A stretch of DNA of 64,000 nt. Origin: Thermoproteota archaeon (GTDB taxonomy: Archaea > Korarchaeota > Korarchaeia > Korarchaeales > Korarchaeaceae). The DNA lies in the NCBI GenBank assembly GCA_026986575.1, contig JALSOH010000004.1, forward strand, positions 160,001 to 224,000, given 5' to 3'. Within the stretch, counting starts at the first letter, position 1, and each line of letters starts with the position of its first letter. This document shows positions 1 to 8,207 of this stretch, one piece after another. The notes under the pieces were generated by a model that saw only the letters and a program-made list of their open reading frames with translations, was not told the origin of the DNA and ran no database searches. Position numbers and translations under genes: made by a program.

Positions 1-83
1 TCAAAAATTCAGTCCCCTGTCTCACAACTCTCATTGACGTGATTTTGAATAAGTCCGGGCACTTAGCACCTATTAGATAGTCG

Positions 84-299
84 CTATGAGGAATCTCTCT
101 CCGCATTTCGGCCAATGCTGGGTCTCGCACCACCCTCCTCAACTCTCTTAGCTAGATCTATTAGCCTCCTTATTATATCATCGTAGGTTTCTCCCTTCCT
201 CCCAAGACTCTTGAGCATCTCTCTGGTCTCTTTTGATATCTGAATGGTCGTTAGATCTCTTCTAGATTTAGGCATCGTCGTTATGGGTAGTTTATGCAT
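84..299 (-). CDS. Small ribbon-helix-helix / antitoxin-like DNA-binding protein
   Basis: TTIQISKETREMLKSLGRKGETYDDIIRRLI matches the archaeal RHH antitoxin-like pattern; no cognate toxin in view. Confidence 0.7.
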   Translation of the reverse strand: MHKLPITTMPKSRRDLTTIQISKETREMLKSLGRKGETYDDIIRRLIDLAKRVEEGGARPSIGRNAERDSS

Positions 300-369
300 T
301 TTAAACTTAATTATGCATCACATATAATTGCACATAATAATTATATAATTCTACCTCCGAAATTATGGG

Positions 370-1441
370 GTGCACATGGTAAGCGAGAAAGTACGGAGTC
401 AGAAAGTTACTCCTAGGGGAAGACGCATCCCTCATGACCTCAGAATGGAACTCTACTTTTTAGTTAGAGAGCCCCGCGATAGAGGGATGAGTTATCGTGA
501 GATTCAGAGAATTGTGGAAAGGGAGCGCGGTATCAAAATAAGCAGGTCTCACATATCCTACTGGATTCACGGCCTTCATACCCCGCTAAACGAGCCCTAC
601 AATCATGTCGATACTTCCAAGAAGGGTGAGCTGGCTTGGATAGCAGGGATGTTCGTAGGGGATGGTTCCGTGAAGATCAACAGGAAGGGTCGCTTCTTGG
701 TGCTGAAAGTTAAGGATAGGGAGCTAGCGGAGGCTGCCGCTAATAAACTGGCAGTTGTTCTGGGAAAGGGAGAGAGGTACGCGGTAAACAGGATGGGGGA
801 CGGTAGGTACTACGTACAGGTCCAGTCGAGGGAACTAGTCGACCACTTGAGAGCGTGGGAGAACATTCTCTCGCATCTAGAGAGAAGCCCTAGAGAGTTC
901 ATTCAGGCACTCTTCGATTGTGAGGGCGGACCTATAGGACACGTTAGTGCATCTGGCAGGTTCTTCGCCAGAATAGATGTAGGTAATACCAATAGAGAGT
1001 TGCTCGAGGATGTATCCCTGAAGCTCTCTGACATGGGGATTCCAATCAACCGTTTCGATGCATTATCCCAAGGGAAAGGTTTTCGTAACTAGGAAGGGGA
1101 GATCCGTGGCTAGAAGAGACTGTTACTTCTTAAGGATATATCGGCAGGGGGGCATCATTAGGTACCGGGATGAGGTTGGATTTGTCACTTCAAGGAAGCA
1201 GGAGAAGCTAGAGGACATAGTTTACATCCTCTCTAATCTCGGATCTGGACGGGAAGCTGCCGTGGAGTGGATTAGGAGATACGAATACAAGAGAGGGATG
1301 GGCCGCCAGAGGTGGTTCAGGAGGGAGAGGTTCCTTGAATGGGAGGATGCTGTTAAGGAGTATGAGAGGTTCTTAGCCAGGAGATCGGCGATTAATCGTT
1401 ATTATAGGTCACAGCATTCCCCTCTTTCTGCAGGCCTCTAG
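370..1441 (+). pseudogene. HTH + two-motif LAGLIDADG homing endonuclease, split by a +1 frameshift near 1045
   Basis: N-terminal HTH (GMSYREIQRIVE...ISRSHISYW); motifs LAWIAGMFVGDG and FIQALFDCEG; removing one A at 1044/1045 joins ORF 370-1092 to ORF 1058-1441 (GIP-STVSMHYPKG). Confidence 0.8.
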
Positions 1442-1530
1442 CGCCTTTTCCCACCTGTCTCTCCTCCTGTAACTCTCGAGCTCCTCGAATACCCTCATTA
1501 GTAGCTCTCCTCTAAGACCGGAGCTCCTAT
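1410..1530 (-). pseudogene. Orphan 3' gene remnant (...GLRGELLMRVFEELESYRRRDRWEKALEACRKRGML*)
   Basis: Protein-like frame with host codon style and no start codon; family not identified. Confidence 0.3.
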
Positions 1531-1885
1531 CACGTCTGAAATCGGTTTAGATTCTTACCGTCTAAATAGGCTAGCTATCGTGGTTTCTTAACGCAATTCG
1601 TGGAGGCCTTGACCGGCTCCCCGGAACCCACCTCTACCCTCCGCGCGGGGTGTCCCTTCACTCACCTCAGTTATCTCTTATAGAGCACCAGGTATTCCTG
1701 CGCTGTGGTTTTCAAGCCTGAACTATCTTAGAGATACCGCACGGGATCCTAAGGAGGATTATGGCGTTTACACCCACGAATCCAAGCGATAATATGAGAC
1801 GGGATGCGAACTCTCCGTATTGTAAGCCGAGCCCCCTATTATCCTCTGGCGAACAGGAGAACGAGAAACGCATTTAATATAGGTG

Positions 1886-1953
1886 TGGCGGGCCCGCCGG
1901 GATTTGAACCCAGGACCTCCGGCTCCGAAGGCTGGCACTTAAATACCTCTGTC
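1886..1953 (-). repeat. att-like 3' half of tRNA-Arg(TCG), copy 1
   Basis: Minus strand reads CCAGC-CTTCGGA-GCCGG-AGGTC-CTGGGTTCAAATCCCGG-CGGGCCCG-CCA; no D-arm or 5' acceptor strand. Confidence 0.85.
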
Positions 1954-2214
1954 CTAGGGTTTGATAATAGACCAAGACAGGCAGTTACAATAAACATTCA
2001 TACTCATTACCTAGTACATGGGACAGCCAATCTGAGAGCTTAGCTTTGTTAATGCTATGGCTTCGGAGAGGTGATCAAAGGCAATCAATTATACTAATTA
2101 TAACTGTTAATGTCCCATTGAGAGAAATTATGTTATTAGGTTCTCATTGAAGCTTTATCATAAACACCGGATTATATTCATAGTAATATTTCATCCCTTT
2201 AGGGATAGGAGAAG

Positions 2215-2578
2215 CTAAGTGTAATGGGAAATCGCATTATATCATTTTCAACTTCATACGGTAGCCCAGTTTTCTACTGTTTGGAGAGTATATGTGCGAA
2301 ATCTGTGTCACGAGTGACTAGTTCTTCATCGCGGTTGATAGCTATAGCGGCCACTAGTAGGTCTGCAAATGCTTTTGCTTCCTCATCCTCAATTAGCTCA
2401 AGCTGTATTCTATGAGCTAGAATGAAATTGTCTCTGAGGGGAAATATTACTCCACCGTAGAAGCGCTCATAGAAAATGATCCTGGATACTCTACGAAGGT
2501 TACAGCCGTTATATCCTCTTGGATGGGCTTCTTCTCTCTAATCCTATCAATAACGATACCTGTATCCAGTATGGTCAA
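2215..2578 (-). pseudogene. vapC: VapC/PIN toxin pseudogene
   Basis: ILDTGIVID...VTFVEYP / frameshift / RIIFYE...FADLLVAAIAINRDEELVTRDTDF; TTG start overlaps the antitoxin stop; at least two frameshifts. Confidence 0.8.
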
Positions 2579-2787
2579 GACAGCCTCCCCTTCTCCCTGC
2601 GCCTCAGCTCCCCCACATCATAGACCTCTATGTCCTCAGTCAACTCCTCCGATCTAATACCAAGCATCTCCCTAACCTCAGCTACATCAACACGGCCACC
2701 AAGCCTCGCTAAAACGGCCTCTATGACCTCCTTCACCTCCTCCTCAGAGAGCCATGGGGGAATCCTCACTACCACACTCTTAGACAT
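2575..2787 (-). CDS. Putative VapB antitoxin
   Basis: 70-aa acidic ORF whose stop overlaps the PIN toxin start (TTGA). Confidence 0.7.
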   Translation of the reverse strand: MSKSVVVRIPPWLSEEEVKEVIEAVLARLGGRVDVAEVREMLGIRSEELTEDIEVYDVGELRRREKGRLS

Positions 2788-2875
2788 CCACGCATCCCCA
2801 AGACTGTATGAGGCCTAAGGAACCTATAATCCTGTTTCGACGATCTATAGCAGGTACCTCAGGGGTTTTAATCTA

Positions 2876-2942
2876 TGGCGGCCCGTCGGGACTTGAACCC
2901 GGGACCTCCGGCTCCGAAGGCTGGCACTTAAATACCTCTGTC
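2876..2942 (-). repeat. att-like 3' half of tRNA-Arg(TCG), copy 2
   Basis: 41 bp (2902-2942) identical to 1913-1953; tRNA T-arm and CCA visible on the minus strand. Confidence 0.85.
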
Positions 2943-3258
2943 TAACTAATTGATAGTAAGCGGGACAGATAGGTACAGTTTTATACTTATTATTCGGTGT
3001 ATAGGACAGTAGTCTAGAAATTTAGCGCTATTAAGAACATGTTTTGAGAGAATAGGGATAGTCTCCTATGGATATTAATGTCTTTAATGGATAATGGATA
3101 AAGAGGTGAGATCTAATATGCTTACATGTGATTAGTGAGCTGATAGAACCAATATATGAGGCTCTTGATTAAGAGAAAGTTAAGCCACTGGATGATACTG
3201 CCCCTATTCCGATTCTTCCCCCTGCGAGCTCCATAACTTTTCCTTGGCTCAAAAAAGA

Positions 3259-3597
3259 TTAGAGGGTTGAAGGGTCAACCTCAGCCATTGGATATACTCC
3301 TCCCAGGGGGAACTGGGCCTCGTTCAATATCCTCCTTATGGATTCCGCGTCCGGGGACTCCCAGCAGCAGTAAATCCTCTCGATTAAGCCTTCCTCTGTT
3401 AGTTGGACCCATGTGTTAATCAATCTGACCTCTTGGGTGGTGAGGTCCCTCACCTTCTTCCCCATAGCGGAGGCTACCTCAACGGATACCGGCTCAGCCA
3501 TATCGTGCACAGCCAAGAACTTTGGGACATCCACGCGCGATATCAAACGCCTTTCATCGGTAAATCCTCTAACGAATCCTTGGAGACAACTGTTCAT
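3259..3597 (-). CDS. DUF4242 / SCO4226-like small protein (true start probably near 3530)
   Basis: PKFLAVH...RIYCCWESPDAESIRR pattern. Confidence 0.6.
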   Translation of the reverse strand: MNSCLQGFVRGFTDERRLISRVDVPKFLAVHDMAEPVSVEVASAMGKKVRDLTTQEVRLINTWVQLTEEGLIERIYCCWESPDAESIRRILNEAQFPLGGVYPMAEVDPSTL

Positions 3598-3694
3598 GGT
3601 GGATCCTACCTAAAAACCATGCCGCAGAGTGAGCGATATCGGATGGGTCTCTTGCTCACTCTCCCTCCTTAATATGATCGAACCAAAGGGTGCC

Positions 3695-4294
3695 TTAGGG
3701 ATAGAGTGCGTGATTTTTTAATAACTGCTGGGCAGCAATCTTCGGATAATATATTCTCAGCACTATGTCCGTCAAAAGAAGCATGAGTATCATTGCTACG
3801 TCGTCCACCCTCTTCATCCCATATCTATGATTGAAAACACGATAGAAGTAGATGAAGGATAGAGTCGAGAAGGAAGTATCGATTAGCGCCTTGATTGATG
3901 AGTATAGCTCGATACTAGATGCTCCTATAATGGGAAGAAGCACTAGATCCGTTACTAGTGATATAGACGAAAAGAGGAAGTAAAAGGATACAACACTCAG
4001 TATTGGGGAGAGCGGACCCTTATACACGCTTCTATAAAACAAGAAGAGGTAAGTTAGTGCTCCCAGCAGGCCCCAAAGTAGGGCTCCGGTGAAGCTGCTT
4101 CCTAACAATACAAAATATGCGATAACATATGGGGGAATGGATTGATTGGCTACACCCAGCTCGTTCAAGACGATCATTAGGTACAAGGATTGAGTACCCG
4201 TGTAGAGCAAGTATAGGAGAAGGGGCCTTCTCCTATTGGATGGAGGGCTATTGTTAAGCAGATCCGGATTTTCTTCTCTTCTACATATGGCCAT
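3695..4294 (-). CDS. Yip1-like multi-pass membrane protein
   Basis: About 5 hydrophobic segments; last gene of the peptide/M48/SpoIIM operon. Confidence 0.5.
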   Translation of the reverse strand: MAICRREENPDLLNNSPPSNRRRPLLLYLLYTGTQSLYLMIVLNELGVANQSIPPYVIAYFVLLGSSFTGALLWGLLGALTYLFLFYRSVYKGPLSPILSVVSFYFLFSSISLVTDLVLLPIIGASSIELYSSIKALIDTSFSTLSFIYFYRVFNHRYGMKRVDDVAMILMLLLTDIVLRIYYPKIAAQQLLKNHALYP

Positions 4295-4841
4295 TTAACT
4301 TCACCAAGATGCAAGGTATTGAGAGATAATATTCTATAACTGATGATAATATTATCATAATTAAACTTAATAACGCCAATTTTGTTAAATAAACTAACTG
4401 ATCTCTGGAGAGGTCATAGTGATCCCCGCCATGGATGACCGTTACGGCGCTCGAAAGACCTACGGATGAGGAGATGAGGATAGAAGTGATCTCCAGCGGC
4501 CCGTGGAATAGAAAGCAGGGGAGTGCACCTGTCAAGTTTTCTCTGAGAATTTCCCTGACGATGCTACCTACCACCATGCCGTTGAAGCTAAGGGAGAGAG
4601 CCGTGAGCGTTCCAAGTGTCACATATCCTATGGAAAGAATCAGGATAACGGAACTGTTCAAGAGTATAAGTCCGCGTAAATCATAATGTCCATTAAAGGA
4701 ATGAGGAACGAAAACTCCACCTAACCCTTCTGTGTAAGATTGATCTGGGATCAGGAAACTTCCTAAGATCCCGGCCGCATAGAAAAGCGATGCTAAGATC
4801 AGTCCCTCACCCACCCTTGGGCCTTGTTTCGTCCCTACCAT
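4281..4841 (-). CDS. SpoIIM/DUF95 family membrane protein
   Basis: LNSSVILIL...FNGMVVG...LFHGPLEITSILISSSVGL...SSVIEYY matches the DUF95 signature (HGxxE, C-terminal A/SxIE). Confidence 0.8.
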   Translation of the reverse strand: MVGTKQGPRVGEGLILASLFYAAGILGSFLIPDQSYTEGLGGVFVPHSFNGHYDLRGLILLNSSVILILSIGYVTLGTLTALSLSFNGMVVGSIVREILRENLTGALPCFLFHGPLEITSILISSSVGLSSAVTVIHGGDHYDLSRDQLVYLTKLALLSLIMIILSSVIEYYLSIPCILVKLNGHM

Positions 4842-5778
4842 GGCTCATCCTCCTGATGATCTCTATTCTCTTCTCCAAGCTAGGATGCGTTGGAAGTAGG
4901 GAGGGGGTTTCCTTCATTCCATATATTTTGATCAGAGCGTTTATCAGATCCTCTGGATTTGAGTAAGATGCTGCAATGAGATCGGCCTTGACCTCCCTCC
5001 TCCTTATCAGGATTAAGAAGACCGACAACGCTGCCAAGAAGCCAGCCACCACTAGCAGGAAGATTACGGGATCGCGTTTCGTTACTGCCCCCGTTAGGGA
5101 GGAGGGTACTTCGCCTACAAGGAGTAGCATCGCGTACATCAGTAGTGTGTAGCCCAGATACCTGGCGATGTCTCCTTCTTTATAATGGGCGAGTTCGTGG
5201 GCCAGTACGCTCTTGATCTCTCCATTAGACAGCACCTTAAGCAGATCCTCATTTATGAAGACAGTCGGTTGAACGATCCCGCCAAGAAGCGCGGTTTTCA
5301 TTAGAGAGGATCTGAATAATCGGAGCCTTATATTCTTCCTGATCTCCATCTTTCCCTTAAGATCCTCGAAAACCCTCTTCAGATCGTCCGGGGGGTCTCT
5401 CCCCTGACCAATCTTATCGAAGATTATAGGAACCAGATTAACTGTGACGAACAGTACTACGAGAAGAGTGGAGAATTCCACTAGGATGCTGTGGTTGGGA
5501 AGTGAGGAGATCACAGCAGCGTAGATGAAGATCAAATATAAATCGAAATAATTGAGCAGGAGATCCTTGAATAATCTCCTGGCTCCCGGGCTTTCCTTAC
5601 GAAGAATGGGGTCTACAAGGGAGAGAATTATAGCAGCTAGTATCAAGATGAAAAATCCTGTGATAAGGGGGTTAAGCCTGTACTCCACCACGAGGATTAC
5701 GGTAAGAGACATCATAGCTACTGTTATGAGAGCCATCACTAAATTGTAAAGAGAAAAAAATGGAGAGTTAGTTCCCAA
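4807..5778 (-). CDS. M48 (HtpX/Ste24-like) membrane zinc metallopeptidase
   Basis: HELAH zinc motif, REVKAD third ligand, THPSLEKRI, several TM helices. Confidence 0.9.
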   Translation of the reverse strand: MGTNSPFFSLYNLVMALITVAMMSLTVILVVEYRLNPLITGFFILILAAIILSLVDPILRKESPGARRLFKDLLLNYFDLYLIFIYAAVISSLPNHSILVEFSTLLVVLFVTVNLVPIIFDKIGQGRDPPDDLKRVFEDLKGKMEIRKNIRLRLFRSSLMKTALLGGIVQPTVFINEDLLKVLSNGEIKSVLAHELAHYKEGDIARYLGYTLLMYAMLLLVGEVPSSLTGAVTKRDPVIFLLVVAGFLAALSVFLILIRRREVKADLIAASYSNPEDLINALIKIYGMKETPSLLPTHPSLEKRIEIIRRMSHGRDETRPKGG

Positions 5779-5788
5779 TGTAGATCCC

Positions 5789-6034
5789 TTATCCTATTAA
5801 AAAGCTCCCTACTGCTACAAGGGCGCCAGTGAGACCCGTAATTGGAGTACTGCATGCTGCTATTTTTGCTAGGGCTAAGAAATACCCTCCAAGTGCTACC
5901 GCAGCTGCTCCATAGTTACCTTTTGCAAGTAGATAGCCTATTCCCAACTGAGTGGCTGCAGGTGTTAATATAGGAACCACTAGTATTGCTATATTGAGGG
6001 CGAGGAGGGCTAGGGCTTTCTTTTCTGTCTTCAT
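5789..6034 (-). CDS. Putative circular bacteriocin / archaeocin precursor peptide
   Basis: 81 aa, Ala/Gly/Leu-rich and hydrophobic, no acidic residue after position 4; first gene of an operon with M48 and SpoIIM. Confidence 0.65.
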   Translation of the reverse strand: MKTEKKALALLALNIAILVVPILTPAATQLGIGYLLAKGNYGAAAVALGGYFLALAKIAACSTPITGLTGALVAVGSFLIG

Positions 6035-6079
6035 ACCATCGCCCCCGTTCTCCTAACTATTAGAGAATTATAGAATAAT

Positions 6080-6106
6080 GAGAATAATTATAAAAATCTT
6101 GCGCGA
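6080..6106 (-). promoter_or_regulatory. BRE/TATA promoter of the peptide operon
   Basis: Minus strand GCGCAAGA-TTTTTATAA about 55 bp upstream of ATG 6034. Confidence 0.5.
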
Positions 6107-6648
6107 AATCTACTCTTTTTTTCACTAAAAAAAGAAAAACTGAAAAATTTGAAGATAACGGCGTCCTTGAGGTAGAATCGTCTACCTAGATTCCCACGGA
6201 GCAGATATGCATAAATTATACTAAGCAAAGAGGTTATATTTTATAGAGGCTTTGAGGAAGACTCTTATATAGCATTTAAGCTAAAGTTATTGTCAGTCCA
6301 GCGGGAGAAGTTTATGCTGACTTTTGATCACAATTAATTAGTTCGGTTTAGACCCTTCTTACCGGACTCGATCTCTATCCTCACCCCCTCAATAGTTAGA
6401 TCGATGTCTGTCCTTCTATTCACACTCAGTCCAAGTTTTTCGAGTTAGGATGACCATCTCCTCGATCATCAACATGTGAAGACGGATCTTTGAATTGGAT
6501 GGGGGCTTACAATATACAAGATTCTTTCCATGATAGTCAATGGGTTCAGCCTTAACTAACTAGCGCGAGATCTGGAGAACAAAGCCAGTATCTTAGGAGG
6601 AGGCTCTACCATGCCGGCATGTTTGATTGGATTACATAGAGTGGGTGG

Positions 6649-6843
6649 TCAGCATTCCCCCTCTGATAACCTCCTTCTTTTCCTCCTTGGAGAGTGTTTC
6701 AAGGTATAACTCTGCTGCTTCCTGACATTCCTAATCGCCTCATCTAGGCTATCGCCCTGTGTATGGCATCTCGGGAGTTCCCGGACGATCGCGACGTAGC
6801 CTCCGCCTTCATCCTCTAGTGTAATAACACTAAACTCACGCAT
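6649..6843 (-). pseudogene. hicB: HicB-family antitoxin with a frameshift
   Basis: EDEGGGYVAIVRELPRCHTQGDSLDEAIRNVR; the expected EAAELYLE continues in another frame near 6720. Confidence 0.75.
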
Positions 6844-7217
6844 ACTCCTGTCCATTTAATAACCCCCTTAAAGTAAACAGTAATTACCTCTCCAAGACGG
6901 CCCTAGGGGCTAACTTCTAATAAAGTTATATAATGCTTACGTGTTTTCCTGCTCTCGCGCGATTTATTTAAAGATAAGCGTCTCTACAGTAGAATTGTTT
7001 ATCTAGATACGCGTGAAATAAAATATGCTTAGATTGCATCAAGTGGGGGGAAGGATCACTGAGGACTCTTATGGAAAATTTAAGCTAGATCATTGCCGCC
7101 AAGCTAGCAGGAGAAGTTTTATTATTTAGAATTTCTCATTGATCACGAATCGCGCACTGCATTAGTTCAAACTTATATCTGAGACTACTTTTTAATCCTT
7201 CTAACCGTCATCTACCG

Positions 7218-7700
7218 ATGGCCGAGATCCCAAGTAGACCATCCCTCTTCAAGGCTGAGTGTGGCTTCATATTGGTCGCTGGGCTGCTTCCCAGCGATAA
7301 GCTGCCTCTATCAGCCCTACCCGACAGAATAGCCCTAGTCCCCGTCGAGTTAGTGGCTTCCCTGAGGCATATAGTCATGGCAGCTTTCAGAGCATGCAGG
7401 GCCCTTAACACGGGAAGGAATGTGGCCGAAGCATTCGCCTACGAGCTGGGAGCGTGCCTCACGGGTATGAGAGAGGTATCTAAGGTAAGAAAAGCCCTCT
7501 CATCTTTAGGCCCCAAGGTGTTCGTCTCCATCTGCGAGGATGTGGGTGACTGTCTGGGACCGTTGATGGCCATGTTGGCTTGGGGTTCTCGCCTCACCGA
7601 CGTCGAGCCCAGATACAAGCCGGACGACCTGCCCTCCTGTTCCGGCAATGTTGAGGCCCTGGCGATGGAAGAAGGCGCCATGTTGGAGCTGGATCGGTGA
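7218..7700 (+). CDS. cgi121: KEOPS subunit Cgi121
   Basis: VASLRHIVMAAFRA...NVA...EL...LTGMREVSK and C-terminal AMEEGAMLEL. Confidence 0.7.
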   Translation: MAEIPSRPSLFKAECGFILVAGLLPSDKLPLSALPDRIALVPVELVASLRHIVMAAFRACRALNTGRNVAEAFAYELGACLTGMREVSKVRKALSSLGPKVFVSICEDVGDCLGPLMAMLAWGSRLTDVEPRYKPDDLPSCSGNVEALAMEEGAMLELDR

Positions 7701-7781
7701 GGTGGAGTGATGCGAAAGCGGAGGGAAGGGAGAGAGGGGAATGGGATACCTTTTAAAGAGTAGTAGTTAGAAGCGGAGGAG

Positions 7782-8108
7782 ATGGAGATGTCTTCCGAGG
7801 ATTTCCTGCAGGCTAAGGCGGAGGAGCTGCTCAACGAGCTGAATCAGGTGGTCACCCAGATATCCACTCTGAAGGCTGAGCTCGCCTCGGTGGAGGAAGC
7901 GCTCAAGAGGTTGGAGAAGCTGAGCGATGTGGAGGAGGTCTTCGAGAGGATCGGGGTGGTCTACGTCAAGAGGGATAGGGAGTCCGTGATAGTCGAGTTG
8001 AAGGCCACCAAGGAGGCCCTCGAGACCACCATAGGATCGCTGGAGAAGAGGGAGAAGGACCTCAGAGAGACCTTGAACAGGATGTTGCAGCCCTCCCAAG
8101 GTGGTTAA
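7782..8108 (+). CDS. pfdB: Prefoldin beta subunit
   Basis: Coiled coils flanking EVFERIGVVYVKRDRE. Confidence 0.85.
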   Translation: MEMSSEDFLQAKAEELLNELNQVVTQISTLKAELASVEEALKRLEKLSDVEEVFERIGVVYVKRDRESVIVELKATKEALETTIGSLEKREKDLRETLNRMLQPSQGG

Positions 8109-8207
8109 GCCCTAGACCGATCTGAAAGGGAGGGTAGCGCTTTCCAACTTTCATTATTTCACCTCCCCTCAGATCCCTGATAGATGCAGGTTTTAGCTGA
8201 GATGTAT

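Noticed and set aside
58-72. GGCACTTA match to the att flank as a third repeat copy
   Set aside because: Only about 8 bp match and no tRNA-like sequence adjacent
1804-2043. 79-aa ORF as an SSV-type integrase fragment
   Set aside because: GPPGFEP..SG is just the antisense translation of the tRNA half; no tyrosine-recombinase motifs follow, and copy 2 stops immediately
1886-2942. CRISPR array or split-tRNA genes
   Set aside because: Only two units about 1 kb apart and no cas genes; no 5' half or complementary leader in the window; the anticodon stem is mismatched
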